Assembly (NCBI GenBank): GCA_050309605.1
Contig: JBNRMN010000096.1
Location: 1 to 64,000 of the forward strand
Direction: 5' to 3'
DNA: 64,000 nucleotides
DNA from: Anaerohalosphaeraceae bacterium
GTDB lineage: Bacteria; Planctomycetota; Phycisphaerae; Sedimentisphaerales; Anaerohalosphaeraceae
The notes beneath the pieces were generated by a model. That model worked only from the letters and a program-made list of their open reading frames with translations, was not told the origin of the DNA and did not search any database. Position numbers and translations under genes: made by a program. Each line of letters opens with the position of its first letter. Position 1 is the stretch's first letter. Shown here one piece after another: positions 45,109 through 54,881 of the stretch.

Positions 45109-46298
45109 TGATTGCTCTTGAAAATCGGTTTTATGCGGGTCCGAGCGGTGCGATTTATTCGAACAATGTATTTGATTACCGTGTCTGGCAGCGGTATTTG
45201 CAGGTGTTTGATGAGGTGGTTGTTTTTGCGCGTGTGGGTCAGGTTGATAGGGATCCGGATCAAACGGTATCGAACGGTCCGGGGGTTCGATTTTATCGCT
45301 TGCCGATGTATGTCGGACCGCAGCAGTTCCTGTGGCATTATCGTCGGCTTGCCGCGCTGGCGCGCCACGCCCCGCAGGCGGCAGATGCGTTTATTTTGCG
45401 CGTGCCGGGGACGATGAGTCGGCTGTTATGGGGGATTCTTCGACGCCGGCATATTCCGTTTGGTGTGGAGGTGGTCGGGGATGCGGCCGAGTCGATGAAT
45501 AACTGCGGTGCCCATGCCCTGGTCAAGCCGGTACTTAAGAGCCTTTTTTCAGGGATGCAACGGCGGCAGTGTCAAGAGGCAGCGGCGGCGGCATATGTGA
45601 CGCAGTCGTATTTGCAGGCAAAATATCCGCCGGGCGGGTGGTCCACGTATTACAGCAGTATTGAACTTCGCGACGAGGATACTTTGACCGAGGCGGAGCT
45701 GGCCGAGAAGATTCGGCGGCTGCGCGAGGCATTTGAGGGCAAGCGCCGGTTTGTGCTGTGTCATGCCGGGACGATGGCGGCACGGTATAAGGGACAGGAA
45801 CTATTGATTGAGGCGGCGGCGGTGTGCCTTAAGCGGGGGCTTGATCTGGAGGTGGTGCTGATGGGGGACGGCAAGTTTCGCAGGCTGTATGAGCAACGGG
45901 CCGCGACGCTGGGGATTGCTGATCGCGTGCGGTTTTTGGGCAATGTGTCGGGTGGCAAGGCGGTTCGGGATGAATACGACAAGGCGGATGTGCTGGTGTT
46001 TCCGTCGCTGACGGAGGGACTGCCGCGGACTGTGATTGAGGCAATGGCGCGGGGGCTGCCGTGCGTGGCTTCTGATGTGGGGGGGGTACCGGAATTGCTT
46101 GAAGATGAGTTTCTGGTGCGACCGGGTGATGTGAACGAATTGGCTGAGCGAATCGAACATGTACTGAGTCAGACTGAAGATATCGGTCGGATTGTTAAAA
46201 GGAACTGTGAGAAATCTAAGGAATACCAACATAATGTATTGAACCGGCGGCGAATCGAATTCTATGAAAGAGTCAAAACAGTATCCCAACAAGCCTAA
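45099..46298 (+). CDS. Glycosyltransferase family 4
   Basis: YKGQELLIEA and PSLTEGLPRTVIEAMARGLP. AGGAGG RBS. Confidence 0.92.
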   Translation: MRVMIALENRFYAGPSGAIYSNNVFDYRVWQRYLQVFDEVVVFARVGQVDRDPDQTVSNGPGVRFYRLPMYVGPQQFLWHYRRLAALARHAPQAADAFILRVPGTMSRLLWGILRRRHIPFGVEVVGDAAESMNNCGAHALVKPVLKSLFSGMQRRQCQEAAAAAYVTQSYLQAKYPPGGWSTYYSSIELRDEDTLTEAELAEKIRRLREAFEGKRRFVLCHAGTMAARYKGQELLIEAAAVCLKRGLDLEVVLMGDGKFRRLYEQRAATLGIADRVRFLGNVSGGKAVRDEYDKADVLVFPSLTEGLPRTVIEAMARGLPCVASDVGGVPELLEDEFLVRPGDVNELAERIEHVLSQTEDIGRIVKRNCEKSKEYQHNVLNRRRIEFYERVKTVSQQA

Positions 46299-47460
46299 GG
46301 TGGGTATTGTGATCACGGTGGGTGTTTCGCTTGATGCGTTGTATCCTGATTTTTATCCGCTTGCGCAGTGTGCAGGGTTTGAGGTGGTTGGGATTTGTGC
46401 GGCGGATCGGTTTGTTGCGAATGTGCGTCGTCAGGGTGTGCGAGTGATTGAGGTTCCGATGACGCGTGCGTTTACGCCGTTTCGGGATGTGGTGTGTTTG
46501 TGGTCGCTGTGGCGAATATTTCGGGCCGAGCGGTTTGATTTGATCCATTACAGCACGCCGAAGGCGTCGGTTCTGGCGGCGATAGCGGGAAGGCTGGCGG
46601 GTCGGTCGCGTCTATTATATACGAATCGCGGGCTGGCTTATACGGGGGTGACGGGTGTTAAGCGGGCTATCGCCAAGGGGTGTGAGAAGCTTGCGGCGCG
46701 ACTGGCGGATCGGGTGATTGCGATCAGTCCGTCGCTGAAAGAGCTGATGGTTCAGGAGGGGCTTCTGGCGGCTGACAAAATCGAGGTGTTCGGGGCCGGC
46801 AGCAGCAAGGGGGTGAATTTGCAGACGTTTCGGTGTGATGCGGCGGTGCTGGCGCGGGCGCGGGCGATTCGGCAAACGCTGGGCCTGGGCGAGTCGGATG
46901 TGGTGTTCGGGTATGCGGGTCGGTTTACGGTGGAAAAGGGGATTGTCGAGCTGCTTGAGGCCTTTGAGACGCTGGCCGCGGAGGCGGACAATGTGCATTT
47001 GGTATTGATCGGTGAGCAGGACCAGCGGGTGCCGCTGCCGGGGGACGTTCAGCGGGTCATCGATGAGAATCCGCGTGTGCATCGACTGCCCTATACAGAC
47101 GATATGCCGGGGCATCTGGCGGCGATGGATGTGTTTGTTCTGGCCAGTTATCGGGAGGGTTTCGGCAATGTGCTGATCGAGGCTTCGGCGATGGAACGGG
47201 CGGTGATTGGCAGCGCTATTCCGGGGTGTCGTGATGCGGTCAAGCCGGGCGCAACGGGACTGCTGGTCGAGCCGCGCAGCAGTGCGTCGCTGCTGTCGGC
47301 GATGCGAACGCTGGCGGCGGATAAGCCGATGCGGCTTGAGATGGGCAAGAACGGCCGGGCGTGGGCGGAAGCGGAATTTGACCGGGAAAAAATCTGGAAT
47401 TGGCTGCTGGGCGTGTACGGGACGCTGATTCGCGGCAGCGGCAAGGATGCCAGCGTGTGA
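46264..47460 (+). CDS. Glycosyltransferase family 4 (CapM/PglA-like)
   Basis: HYSTPKAS, GSSKGVNL, GRFTVEKG and SYREGFGNVLIEA. Confidence 0.92.
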   Translation: MKESKQYPNKPKVGIVITVGVSLDALYPDFYPLAQCAGFEVVGICAADRFVANVRRQGVRVIEVPMTRAFTPFRDVVCLWSLWRIFRAERFDLIHYSTPKASVLAAIAGRLAGRSRLLYTNRGLAYTGVTGVKRAIAKGCEKLAARLADRVIAISPSLKELMVQEGLLAADKIEVFGAGSSKGVNLQTFRCDAAVLARARAIRQTLGLGESDVVFGYAGRFTVEKGIVELLEAFETLAAEADNVHLVLIGEQDQRVPLPGDVQRVIDENPRVHRLPYTDDMPGHLAAMDVFVLASYREGFGNVLIEASAMERAVIGSAIPGCRDAVKPGATGLLVEPRSSASLLSAMRTLAADKPMRLEMGKNGRAWAEAEFDREKIWNWLLGVYGTLIRGSGKDASV

Positions 47461-47530
47461 AGAAGGGACAGCAGGCGTGGGATGGGGGCAATCGATTGAT
47501 TTGCCGTTGCGGCGGAATGAGAGGATTATT

Positions 47531-48169
47531 ATGGACTGTTTGGACCGCGTTGTTTATGTGATTAAACAGAAGATTCCGTTTGTTTATACGCTGCTGGAGA
47601 AGGTGTCCAGTGGTCTGACGTCGTTTCTTTATCGGGGCGGCATACAGCGGGCGATGGACGCCGGAACGCTGACGGGGACGGTCGAAGGGAAAAAGGCCGT
47701 GATACGCTGTTTAAGCGTTGCGGATATGGAACCGTTGACCGAGATGCTTGAGCGTCAGCCTGAAGACCATCTGACCTATTTTCATCCGCATGGTTTTGAT
47801 CGAGATACGCTGTGTCGAGTTTTGCGGCGTCGCTCTGTGATGACCTATGGTTTATTCGTGGATGATCGACTGTGTGCTTATGCGCTGCTGAAACTGTTTC
47901 CGACCCGCAAGGCGTATTTGGGACGGCTGGTATCGCCGGAGCTGGCGGGCAAAGGGCTGGGCAAGTTTTTGTCGCGGTATCTCTACTGGCAGGCGTATCT
48001 GCTGGGGTTTCAGCCCTGCTCGACCATTAACAAGAACAATCTGGCGTCGCTGAAATCGCACGAGGCGGTCAGGCCGTTTCATGTTGTCTCGACGCTGTCG
48101 AATGATTTTTTACTGATTCGATTTGAACTGACAGAGTCCGACACAAGTGCTCCTTTGCTTGATCTTTGA
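47531..48169 (+). CDS. GNAT-fold acyltransferase-like protein
   Basis: YFHPHGFD, GRLVSPELAGKGLGK (acyl-CoA loop) and NLASLKSH. Confidence 0.7.
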   Translation: MDCLDRVVYVIKQKIPFVYTLLEKVSSGLTSFLYRGGIQRAMDAGTLTGTVEGKKAVIRCLSVADMEPLTEMLERQPEDHLTYFHPHGFDRDTLCRVLRRRSVMTYGLFVDDRLCAYALLKLFPTRKAYLGRLVSPELAGKGLGKFLSRYLYWQAYLLGFQPCSTINKNNLASLKSHEAVRPFHVVSTLSNDFLLIRFELTESDTSAPLLDL

Positions 48170-48256
48170 TGGTGTGTTCGGATTGCTTCGTCGAAGAGTC
48201 GGCGGCGATTCAGGCCGAGAACAATCGAATGAACGGCGTGTCAATTATATTCAGAT

Positions 48257-48425
48257 ATGATTGTGGAGAAACAAACTGAAACGATAAAGCCGTTAGATAT
48301 ATCCTGTGCCCAAACCGTTGCCAGGCTGCATATTGAAGGGATTGCGACGGGGTTTATCAGTTCACTGGGGGGCGTATGTTGCGGCCTTGCACGAGGCAGT
48401 TCGCGAGAGCTTGTGTCGGGTTTAA
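48257..48425 (+). pseudogene. Frameshifted, truncated GNAT-type acetyltransferase fragment
   Basis: MIVEKQ...VARLHIEGIATGFISSLG appears to continue in another frame as YVAALHEAVRES, then stops just before the formyltransferase. Confidence 0.55.
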
Positions 48426-48441
48426 GTGTTTGGAGAATATA

Positions 48442-49272
48442 ATGAAATTTGTGATTTTGACCAATGACAATTTTTTTTCATTTACGGTTCTTAAAGAGTT
48501 TCTCGATCACTATAAAGACAATATTCAACTGATTGTGTTTTCATCTGCCCTGATTGGCAAGCGAGGAACCGTTGAATCCATAAAGTGGTCACTGAAACAC
48601 ACCGGTTTCAGACATACTGTTTTCAAGCTGTCGGTGTATGGTATTTTTCGTCTTCTGCGCTGTTTTGCGACGATATTCCCATTTATTCCGAACCATTATT
48701 CCTCTTTGCTCTGGACCCGGAAAAACCGCCTGAACTTTTTTGTCACAAATAATGTAAACTCGGACGAAACGTTTGAAAAAATCAAACAGGCCGAACCGGA
48801 TCTTCTGATTTCGGTCAGTATGAATCAGATTGTCAAACGCAGGATACTTGAGTTGCCGTCTAAAGGCAGTGTCAATGTGCATTGCGCGCCGCTGCCCAAA
48901 TATGCAGGGATGAGTCCGTATGTGTGGGCGCTGGCGAACAACGAGCCGTATTCGGCCGCAACAATTCATTTTATGGAAGAGGGGTTGGATGAGGGCGACA
49001 TTATTATTCAGGAAAACGTGCCGATCCAGAAGAATGACTCAGCGTTTGCATTGTTTTATCGTTGCTGCAAGACTGCCGCAGACCAATTGATGCGCGTTGC
49101 TAATGACTTTGAAAACGACGATGTTTCGGCGGTACCACAGGACCTTTCTCAAAAAACATATTTTTCATGGCCGAATAAAGACAGTATAAGGCATCTGAGA
49201 GCCAATGGATTCAGACTGGCAACTGTAAACGACCTTTGGTTGGCTATCGTCAAGCAAGAAACGCGACTATAA
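48442..49272 (+). CDS. Formyltransferase family protein (probable sugar N-formyltransferase)
   Basis: PDLLISVS, NVHCAPLPKYAG and TIHFMEEGLDEGDII. Visibly AT-richer than its neighbours. Confidence 0.85.
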   Translation: MKFVILTNDNFFSFTVLKEFLDHYKDNIQLIVFSSALIGKRGTVESIKWSLKHTGFRHTVFKLSVYGIFRLLRCFATIFPFIPNHYSSLLWTRKNRLNFFVTNNVNSDETFEKIKQAEPDLLISVSMNQIVKRRILELPSKGSVNVHCAPLPKYAGMSPYVWALANNEPYSAATIHFMEEGLDEGDIIIQENVPIQKNDSAFALFYRCCKTAADQLMRVANDFENDDVSAVPQDLSQKTYFSWPNKDSIRHLRANGFRLATVNDLWLAIVKQETRL

Positions 49273-49337
49273 ACGAAAACTGTACAGCGAAGTGCATACT
49301 CTTTTATCATTAATCCAAAACACTTTAAGGTGAAACG

Positions 49338-50381
49338 ATGTCATCATCCAAAAGTAAACCGTTTTTGTTTTTCTTTCTGGCGATCATTGCGGTGAGTATT
49401 TTTATGTTTTTGGTGGAATGGTGGAAAAGTCGGACGCCGCGTCTGGCTGTTGCGGGCAATGCGGGGATTGGGTCTCTGTTTAATGTGGACGGTCGTCTGA
49501 CGGCGGTGTATCAGGATGGTCGGACGTGTGTGTGGGCCTGGGATGCGCCGGCGGTGAAACAGTCCGACTTTCGGGTCGGCTCGGGTCGGGCGGTGGGACT
49601 GGAGGGGACCGAGTTGGCGGCGGTGGTTCGGACGAGCGACCGTGTTTTGCTGTCGGTTTTTGACATCGAACAAGGCCGTCGGGTTCGCGATCTGACGGCC
49701 GGGTGGGATGAGCAGGATATTTACCTTCGCACTTCGCATCGCCGGCAGGCGCTGACGCTGATCCGCCGCAATCCGGAAGAGGACGGACAGGTGGACTATG
49801 AGTTTGTGCCGGTGGATCTGGCTGCGGAGGTGCTTCGTCCGGCGGTGGTGCGGCGGCTGGAAGCCGGCCGGCAGACGCTGCGCGATTTTGCGGTGTCTGA
49901 TGAGGGGGTGCTGTACGCGGCCGGGGCCGACGGCGGACAGGCCCGGCTGATTGCGGTGGATTTGAATACCGGCCGGACGTTGTGGGATCAGGTCTGGGAC
50001 GATGCGGAGGAGTTGACGACGACGGTGTTGTCGATGGATGAGCAGACGGTCTGGGCCGGCGACCGGGCGGGCAGTCTGCTGAAGATCGCGACCGAGGACG
50101 GGCGGCGGCTGGATAAGGTGTCGCTGCTGCGGCCCGGCGAGACGCGGCCGACGACCAATGATTTTTCGGTGCTGAATCTGGCGGCCAGTCCGGACGGGCG
50201 GCTGCTGGGCTGTACGATTGCGCCGGTGGCGTATGCGGTGGACGCCGAGAGCGGGCAGGTGGTCCGGCGGTTCGGCGGGCATAAGGTGGTCTCGAAGGTG
50301 GTGTTTTCGCCGGACAGCCGCCGACTGGCGACGTCCGATCTTCGCGCCGACGGGGTGATTATCCTTTATACGCTGAAGTAG
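49338..50381 (+). CDS. Membrane-anchored WD40/PQQ-like beta-propeller protein
   Basis: N-terminal TM, then repeats such as AVDLNTGRTLW, AASPDGRLL and VFSPDSRRLAT. Confidence 0.75.
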   Translation: MSSSKSKPFLFFFLAIIAVSIFMFLVEWWKSRTPRLAVAGNAGIGSLFNVDGRLTAVYQDGRTCVWAWDAPAVKQSDFRVGSGRAVGLEGTELAAVVRTSDRVLLSVFDIEQGRRVRDLTAGWDEQDIYLRTSHRRQALTLIRRNPEEDGQVDYEFVPVDLAAEVLRPAVVRRLEAGRQTLRDFAVSDEGVLYAAGADGGQARLIAVDLNTGRTLWDQVWDDAEELTTTVLSMDEQTVWAGDRAGSLLKIATEDGRRLDKVSLLRPGETRPTTNDFSVLNLAASPDGRLLGCTIAPVAYAVDAESGQVVRRFGGHKVVSKVVFSPDSRRLATSDLRADGVIILYTLK

Positions 50382-50480
50382 GCTTGCCAAATTAAACATA
50401 CGCCAAGCAATGGCTGACGAAAGCTTAAGGATCGTAAAGAAATAAAATGACTGATTTACGAATCATTGAACCACGAAAGA

Positions 50481-50542
50481 TAGTTTTAAGTTTTGAGTTA
50501 TGAGTTTTGAGTTGAACTGCGAACTACGAACTACGAACTTTT
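50481..50542. repeat. Inverted heptad micro-repeat array
   Basis: TAGTTTT AAGTTTT GAGTTAT GAGTTTT GAGTTGA ACTGCGA ACTACGA ACTACGA ACTTTT. Confidence 0.8.
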
Positions 50543-50593
50543 CCTCTGTGTTCTCTTTGCAGCAATCAAGAGAAAGGCGGGATTTGACTTTTG

Positions 50594-51211
50594 ATGACGG
50601 TTGGTGCAGTTGTCAAGCGGGTATTTGATTTTTCGGCGGCGCTGGCGGCGCTGGTTGTGTTGTCGCCGTTGATGCTGATAGTGGCGCTGCTGGTGCGCAT
50701 CAAACTGGGATCGCCGGTGTTGTTCCGGCAGGAGCGCCCCGGGCTGGATTGCCGGATTTTTACGATGTATAAATTTCGGACGATGACGGCGCGGACGCAT
50801 GACGAGCAGGGCCGTCTTCTGCCGGATGAGCAGCGGCTGACGAATTTCGGGCGTCGGCTGCGGGCGACGAGTCTGGACGAGCTGCCGGAATTGCTGAATG
50901 TGCTCAAGGGGGAGATGAGTCTGGTCGGGCCGCGGCCGCTGATGGTCAAATATCTGGAGCGGTACACGCCGGAGCAGAATCGCCGCCATGAGGTCAAGCC
51001 GGGACTGACCGGCTGGGCGCAGATTCACGGACGCAATAATTTGACCTGGGAGCAGAAGTTTGCGTATGATGTATGGTATGTTGATCACCGGTCGTTTTGG
51101 CTGGATGTGAAGATTCTGGCGATCACCGCCTGGCATGTGATTGCCCGCAAGGACGTCGCTCAAGAGGGCCATGCGACGGTGGATGAGTTTATGGGAAATG
51201 GGCGGATTTAG
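50594..51211 (+). CDS. Initiating phosphoglycosyl transferase (PglC/EpsL-type sugar transferase)
   Basis: KRVFD, FRQERPG, YKFRTM, SLDELPEL, MSLVGPRP and KPGLTGWAQ. Confidence 0.95.
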   Translation: MTVGAVVKRVFDFSAALAALVVLSPLMLIVALLVRIKLGSPVLFRQERPGLDCRIFTMYKFRTMTARTHDEQGRLLPDEQRLTNFGRRLRATSLDELPELLNVLKGEMSLVGPRPLMVKYLERYTPEQNRRHEVKPGLTGWAQIHGRNNLTWEQKFAYDVWYVDHRSFWLDVKILAITAWHVIARKDVAQEGHATVDEFMGNGRI

Positions 51212-51233
51212 AATTTAGAATTTAAAATTGTGA

Positions 51234-51604
51234 ATGGAAAAGGGTAAGATTTATAATATTCAGGAACGTACGTTTGAGATTTCATGCAGGATTTTAAGAC
51301 TTTATCGGTATATGCTCAATCAAAGCCAGACAAATGATGTTTCTGTCGCCAGCTTGTCAGAGCTGGTACCTCTATCGGAGCCAATCTTGAAGAGGCGACT
51401 GCCGCGCAGAGTCGAGCAGATTTTATTTCAAAGTGTAACATCGCATTAAAAGAGGCACGAGAAACACATTACTGGCTTCGTCTTTTTCGAGAAACAGAGA
51501 TGCTGCCTGTATCATGTATTGAAAATCTGATCGAAGAATCGAACGAGATATTGTCTGTTCTGACGGCGATTGTTAAAAACACCCGCATCAATTCGAAAAC
51601 ATAA
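51234..51604 (+). pseudogene. Four-helix-bundle protein (23S rRNA IVP/Avd-like) with a 1-nt frameshift near 51342
   Basis: IQERTFEISCRILRLY..NDV, then in the -1 frame CRQLVRAGTSIGANLEEATAAQSRADFISKCNIALKEARETHYWLRL... to TAA at 51604. Confidence 0.88.
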
Positions 51605-51628
51605 CTGAATTCTCAATTCTCAATTCAT

Positions 51629-52888
51629 ATGAACCTGTCTTATTCAGATTTTCATTCTGCGGCCGCTCACTACGGCAGTCCGTTTTATGTGATTGATCGG
51701 GGTCGGTTTGAGGGCAATTTTGAAGCGCTGACGGCGGCGTTTGAGTCGCGGTATCGGCCGTTTGTTCTGGCGTATTCGTACAAGACCAATTATGTGCCCT
51801 ATCTGTGCCGTCTCGTTCGCGACCGGGGCGGCTGGGCGGAGGTGGTCTCGCGGATGGAGTATGATCTGGCACTGAAGGTCGGCTGCGATCCGCGTCGGAT
51901 TATCTTCAACGGGCCGGTCAAGCGGCGCGAGGATCTTGAGCTGGCGCTGGCCGGCGGCAGTGTGGTGAATCTGGATTCGGAGGCGGAGTTTGAGGCGGTG
52001 CTGAGGTATGCTGCGGCGCATCCGTCCCAGACGGTCAAGGTGGGGCTGCGTGTGAATATCGCCCTGTCCGATGAGGCCGGGCGGTCGCATATTCAGAATC
52101 GGCTGAAGGTCGGTCGGTTCGGTTTTGATCCGGCGGTTATTGAAGCGGCGGCGCGAACATTGCAGAGGGCCAAAAATATCCGAATCGCCGCGCTGCACGG
52201 GCATACGTCCACGAGCGACAGCAGCGTATGGTGTTTTCAGACGATTACCGAGACGCTGGTGCATCTGGCTGAGCGGCTGTTTCCAACATCGGTCGAGGCC
52301 ATCAATATCGGCGGGGGGATGTTCGGGGTCATTGAGCCGGAACATCGGTGGTGTGAGGTGCCGTCGTTTAGTGAGTATGCCGAGACGGTGTGCGGGGTGC
52401 TGGGCCGCAGCGAGTGGGTGCGGCAGAGCAGGCCGACACTGGTGATTGAGCCGGGGGTGGCGATGGTTGCCAATGCGGTCAGTTTTGTGACGCAGGTGGT
52501 CAGCGTCAAGCAGGTCCGCGACAAGACGTTTGTAACGGTGGACGGCAGCGCGCTGAACAGCAAGCCGACGTTTCATGCGATCAACCCGCCGTTTGAGATC
52601 CTCTCGGCGTCCGGCCGATCCGGCTCGGAGCAATCGTTTGATGTGGTCGGTTCGACATGTATGGAAAAGGATATTCTTCTGCGCGAGGTGTCGGCGCCGC
52701 TGCCATCGGCGGGCGATTATATTCGGCTCAATCGTGTGGGGGCTTATACGCTTGTACTGACGCCGCCGTTTATTCATCCGGCGCCGGCTGTACTGGCGCA
52801 GGACGGCGATCAGGTGATTTGCGTCCGCCGCCGTCAGACGCTGGACGATTTGTTTTCGTGTTATACGTTTGATTGTGACGCTGTTTGA
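51629..52888 (+). CDS. PLP-dependent group IV decarboxylase (diaminopimelate decarboxylase-like)
   Basis: AYSYKTN, EVVSRME, FNGP, INIGGG, IEPG and GSTCMEKD. Confidence 0.88.
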   Translation: MNLSYSDFHSAAAHYGSPFYVIDRGRFEGNFEALTAAFESRYRPFVLAYSYKTNYVPYLCRLVRDRGGWAEVVSRMEYDLALKVGCDPRRIIFNGPVKRREDLELALAGGSVVNLDSEAEFEAVLRYAAAHPSQTVKVGLRVNIALSDEAGRSHIQNRLKVGRFGFDPAVIEAAARTLQRAKNIRIAALHGHTSTSDSSVWCFQTITETLVHLAERLFPTSVEAINIGGGMFGVIEPEHRWCEVPSFSEYAETVCGVLGRSEWVRQSRPTLVIEPGVAMVANAVSFVTQVVSVKQVRDKTFVTVDGSALNSKPTFHAINPPFEILSASGRSGSEQSFDVVGSTCMEKDILLREVSAPLPSAGDYIRLNRVGAYTLVLTPPFIHPAPAVLAQDGDQVICVRRRQTLDDLFSCYTFDCDAV

Positions 52889-52905
52889 ACCGAAAAGGAA
52901 TGGAT

Positions 52906-53472
52906 ATGTCAACGCCTGAGGTAACGATTTTCGGCGACCGGGTGCGGCTGCGGCCGCTGCGGGAAGCGGATCTGCCGCTGCGGGTGCGGTGGTATAATGA
53001 TCCCGATGTGCGAAAGACGCTGACGGTGACCGAGCGGTTTGAGCTGGAAAAGACGCGCCGCTGGTTTCAGGCGATTCAGTCCGACCCTCGTCGGGTGGAT
53101 TTTTTTGTCGAGTCGGCGGACGGTTCGCCGATGGGGGTGACCGGGCTGCTGCATAGGGACGCTGTTCATGCAACGGCGGAATGTTTTTGCGTGATCGGGG
53201 AGAAGAGCTTCTGGGGCGGGGGCCTGGGGACGGAGATTCATTCGGTGCTGCTGGCGTGGGCGTTTGAGTCGATGCAGCTTGAGAAAATCTGGGCGATCAT
53301 TCGGACGAATAATCCGGCGATATTCAGGGTGGTTCAGAAGCTTGGGTTTCAGATTGAAGGAACGCTTCGCAGAGAGTTGCGGCTGGAAGGACAGCGGCAG
53401 GATGTCTATCGCATCGGATTATTACGTGAGGAGTTTGTCCCGACGCATTCGCGTTATGAAGTGGTTGAATAA
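52906..53472 (+). CDS. GNAT acyltransferase (RimJ/RimL/PseH-like)
   Basis: VRLRPLREADL, IGEKSFWGGGLGT and QKLGFQIEGTLR. Confidence 0.88.
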   Translation: MSTPEVTIFGDRVRLRPLREADLPLRVRWYNDPDVRKTLTVTERFELEKTRRWFQAIQSDPRRVDFFVESADGSPMGVTGLLHRDAVHATAECFCVIGEKSFWGGGLGTEIHSVLLAWAFESMQLEKIWAIIRTNNPAIFRVVQKLGFQIEGTLRRELRLEGQRQDVYRIGLLREEFVPTHSRYEVVE

Positions 53473-53518
53473 TTGGTGTTTATTGGTATCTGGAAATACA
53501 GACAAGAGGAATAGACCA

Positions 53519-54802
53519 TTGAAGATTGAAACGGCAGTTGTTTTGGGGGCCAGCGGGACGGTCGGCAGTCTGGTCGGCGGGATTTTGGCTCAAAATGAGA
53601 TTAAGGTGTATTTTCTCAGCCGCGACGCAGCGCGCTCGCAAAAAGGGCTTGAAAAGGCCATGGCTCAGGCCCGTTCGGAAGTGATTTCAAAGCATATCAT
53701 TTGCGGGGATTATGATACGCTTTTGGAGCGGGCGTGCGGCGAGGCGGACTGGGTTCTTGAATGTGTGGCCGAGGATATGGACGTCAAGCGGGCGATGTAT
53801 GAGCAGGTGGATCGGTTTCGGCGCGACGGCTCGATTGTCAGCTCGGTCACGTCCAGTCTGGTTCTGGAGTCCTTGTCCGAAGGGCGGAGCGATGATTTTC
53901 GTCGGCATTTTCTCTCGACGCATTTTTACAATCCGCCGTCTCGGATGCTTGCGTGCGAACTGTGCGGGCAGAGTCGGACGGATCCGTCGGTGACGGCGTT
54001 TATGGCCGAGTTTCTGGCCAAACGGCTGCGGCGGGTGGTGGTTCCGGTCAAGCCGACGGCCGGGTTCGCAGGCAACCGTGTCGCTTTTGTCCTGTTCGCT
54101 CGGATTACCGAACTGGCGGCCCAGCACGGCGTAGAGATGATGGATTATCTGATCGGGCCTTATACGGGCCGGATTATGGCGCCGCTGGCGACGCTGGATT
54201 TGGTGGGGCTGGATATTCACGCGGCGATTATTCGCAGTTTGCAGGAGAATGTCTCCGATGCGATGCATGATCAGATCGTGCTGCCGGCGTATATTGAGGC
54301 GATGATTCAGGCCGGGCATCTGGGGCGAAAGAGCCGCGACAAGGGCGGCTTTTACAAGCGGCTGGAAAGCGGAAAGCATATCTATATTGATCCGGCGACG
54401 CTGGAGTATGTGCCGGCCTTTGAGCCGCATGTGCGGTTTGTCGAGCAGGCCAAGGAGTTTATTCATATCGGCCGGTATCGACAGGCGTTTGAAGTGATTC
54501 TGGCCGCTGACGGGACGGAGGCGAACATTGTCAAGGAGATGCTGGCGACGTATATCGCGTATGCGTATATGCTGATCGGACAGGTTACCGATGCAGACGA
54601 CGGGATCGAGGGGATGGATCGGGTGATGACGGCGGGGTATAACTGGGCCGGGCCGAGTATGCTGGTGCAGATGCTGGGCGGCAAAGAGCGGGCCATGGAA
54701 CTGCTTGAAGCCCAACAGTTGCCTGTCCCGGACGGCCTGAAAAACGACACCGCTTGTGAGCGTTACGTGTTTAATATCGGCAAGTATTTTCCGGCCCTAT
54801 AG
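53519..54802 (+). CDS. 3-hydroxyacyl-CoA dehydrogenase family protein
   Basis: VLGASGTVGS, ECVAEDMDVKR, THFYNPP, GFAGNR and LDLVGLD. TTG start after AGAGGA. Confidence 0.85.
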   Translation: MKIETAVVLGASGTVGSLVGGILAQNEIKVYFLSRDAARSQKGLEKAMAQARSEVISKHIICGDYDTLLERACGEADWVLECVAEDMDVKRAMYEQVDRFRRDGSIVSSVTSSLVLESLSEGRSDDFRRHFLSTHFYNPPSRMLACELCGQSRTDPSVTAFMAEFLAKRLRRVVVPVKPTAGFAGNRVAFVLFARITELAAQHGVEMMDYLIGPYTGRIMAPLATLDLVGLDIHAAIIRSLQENVSDAMHDQIVLPAYIEAMIQAGHLGRKSRDKGGFYKRLESGKHIYIDPATLEYVPAFEPHVRFVEQAKEFIHIGRYRQAFEVILAADGTEANIVKEMLATYIAYAYMLIGQVTDADDGIEGMDRVMTAGYNWAGPSMLVQMLGGKERAMELLEAQQLPVPDGLKNDTACERYVFNIGKYFPAL

Positions 54803-54881
54803 GAAATCCGCAAATACAGGATGTTTCTATTCTGTTATTCTGATATGATCGAATTGTCCCCCTTTTGAAAGTGGAAAGTTG

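Noticed and set aside
48442..49272. Methionyl-tRNA formyltransferase (fmt)
   Set aside because: It is short, lacks the C-terminal tRNA-binding domain, and sits in a glycan locus with atypical composition.
51629..52888. Housekeeping lysA
   Set aside because: It is embedded in a polysaccharide operon and lacks the usual HIGSQ motif (has HGHTS), so no symbol was assigned.
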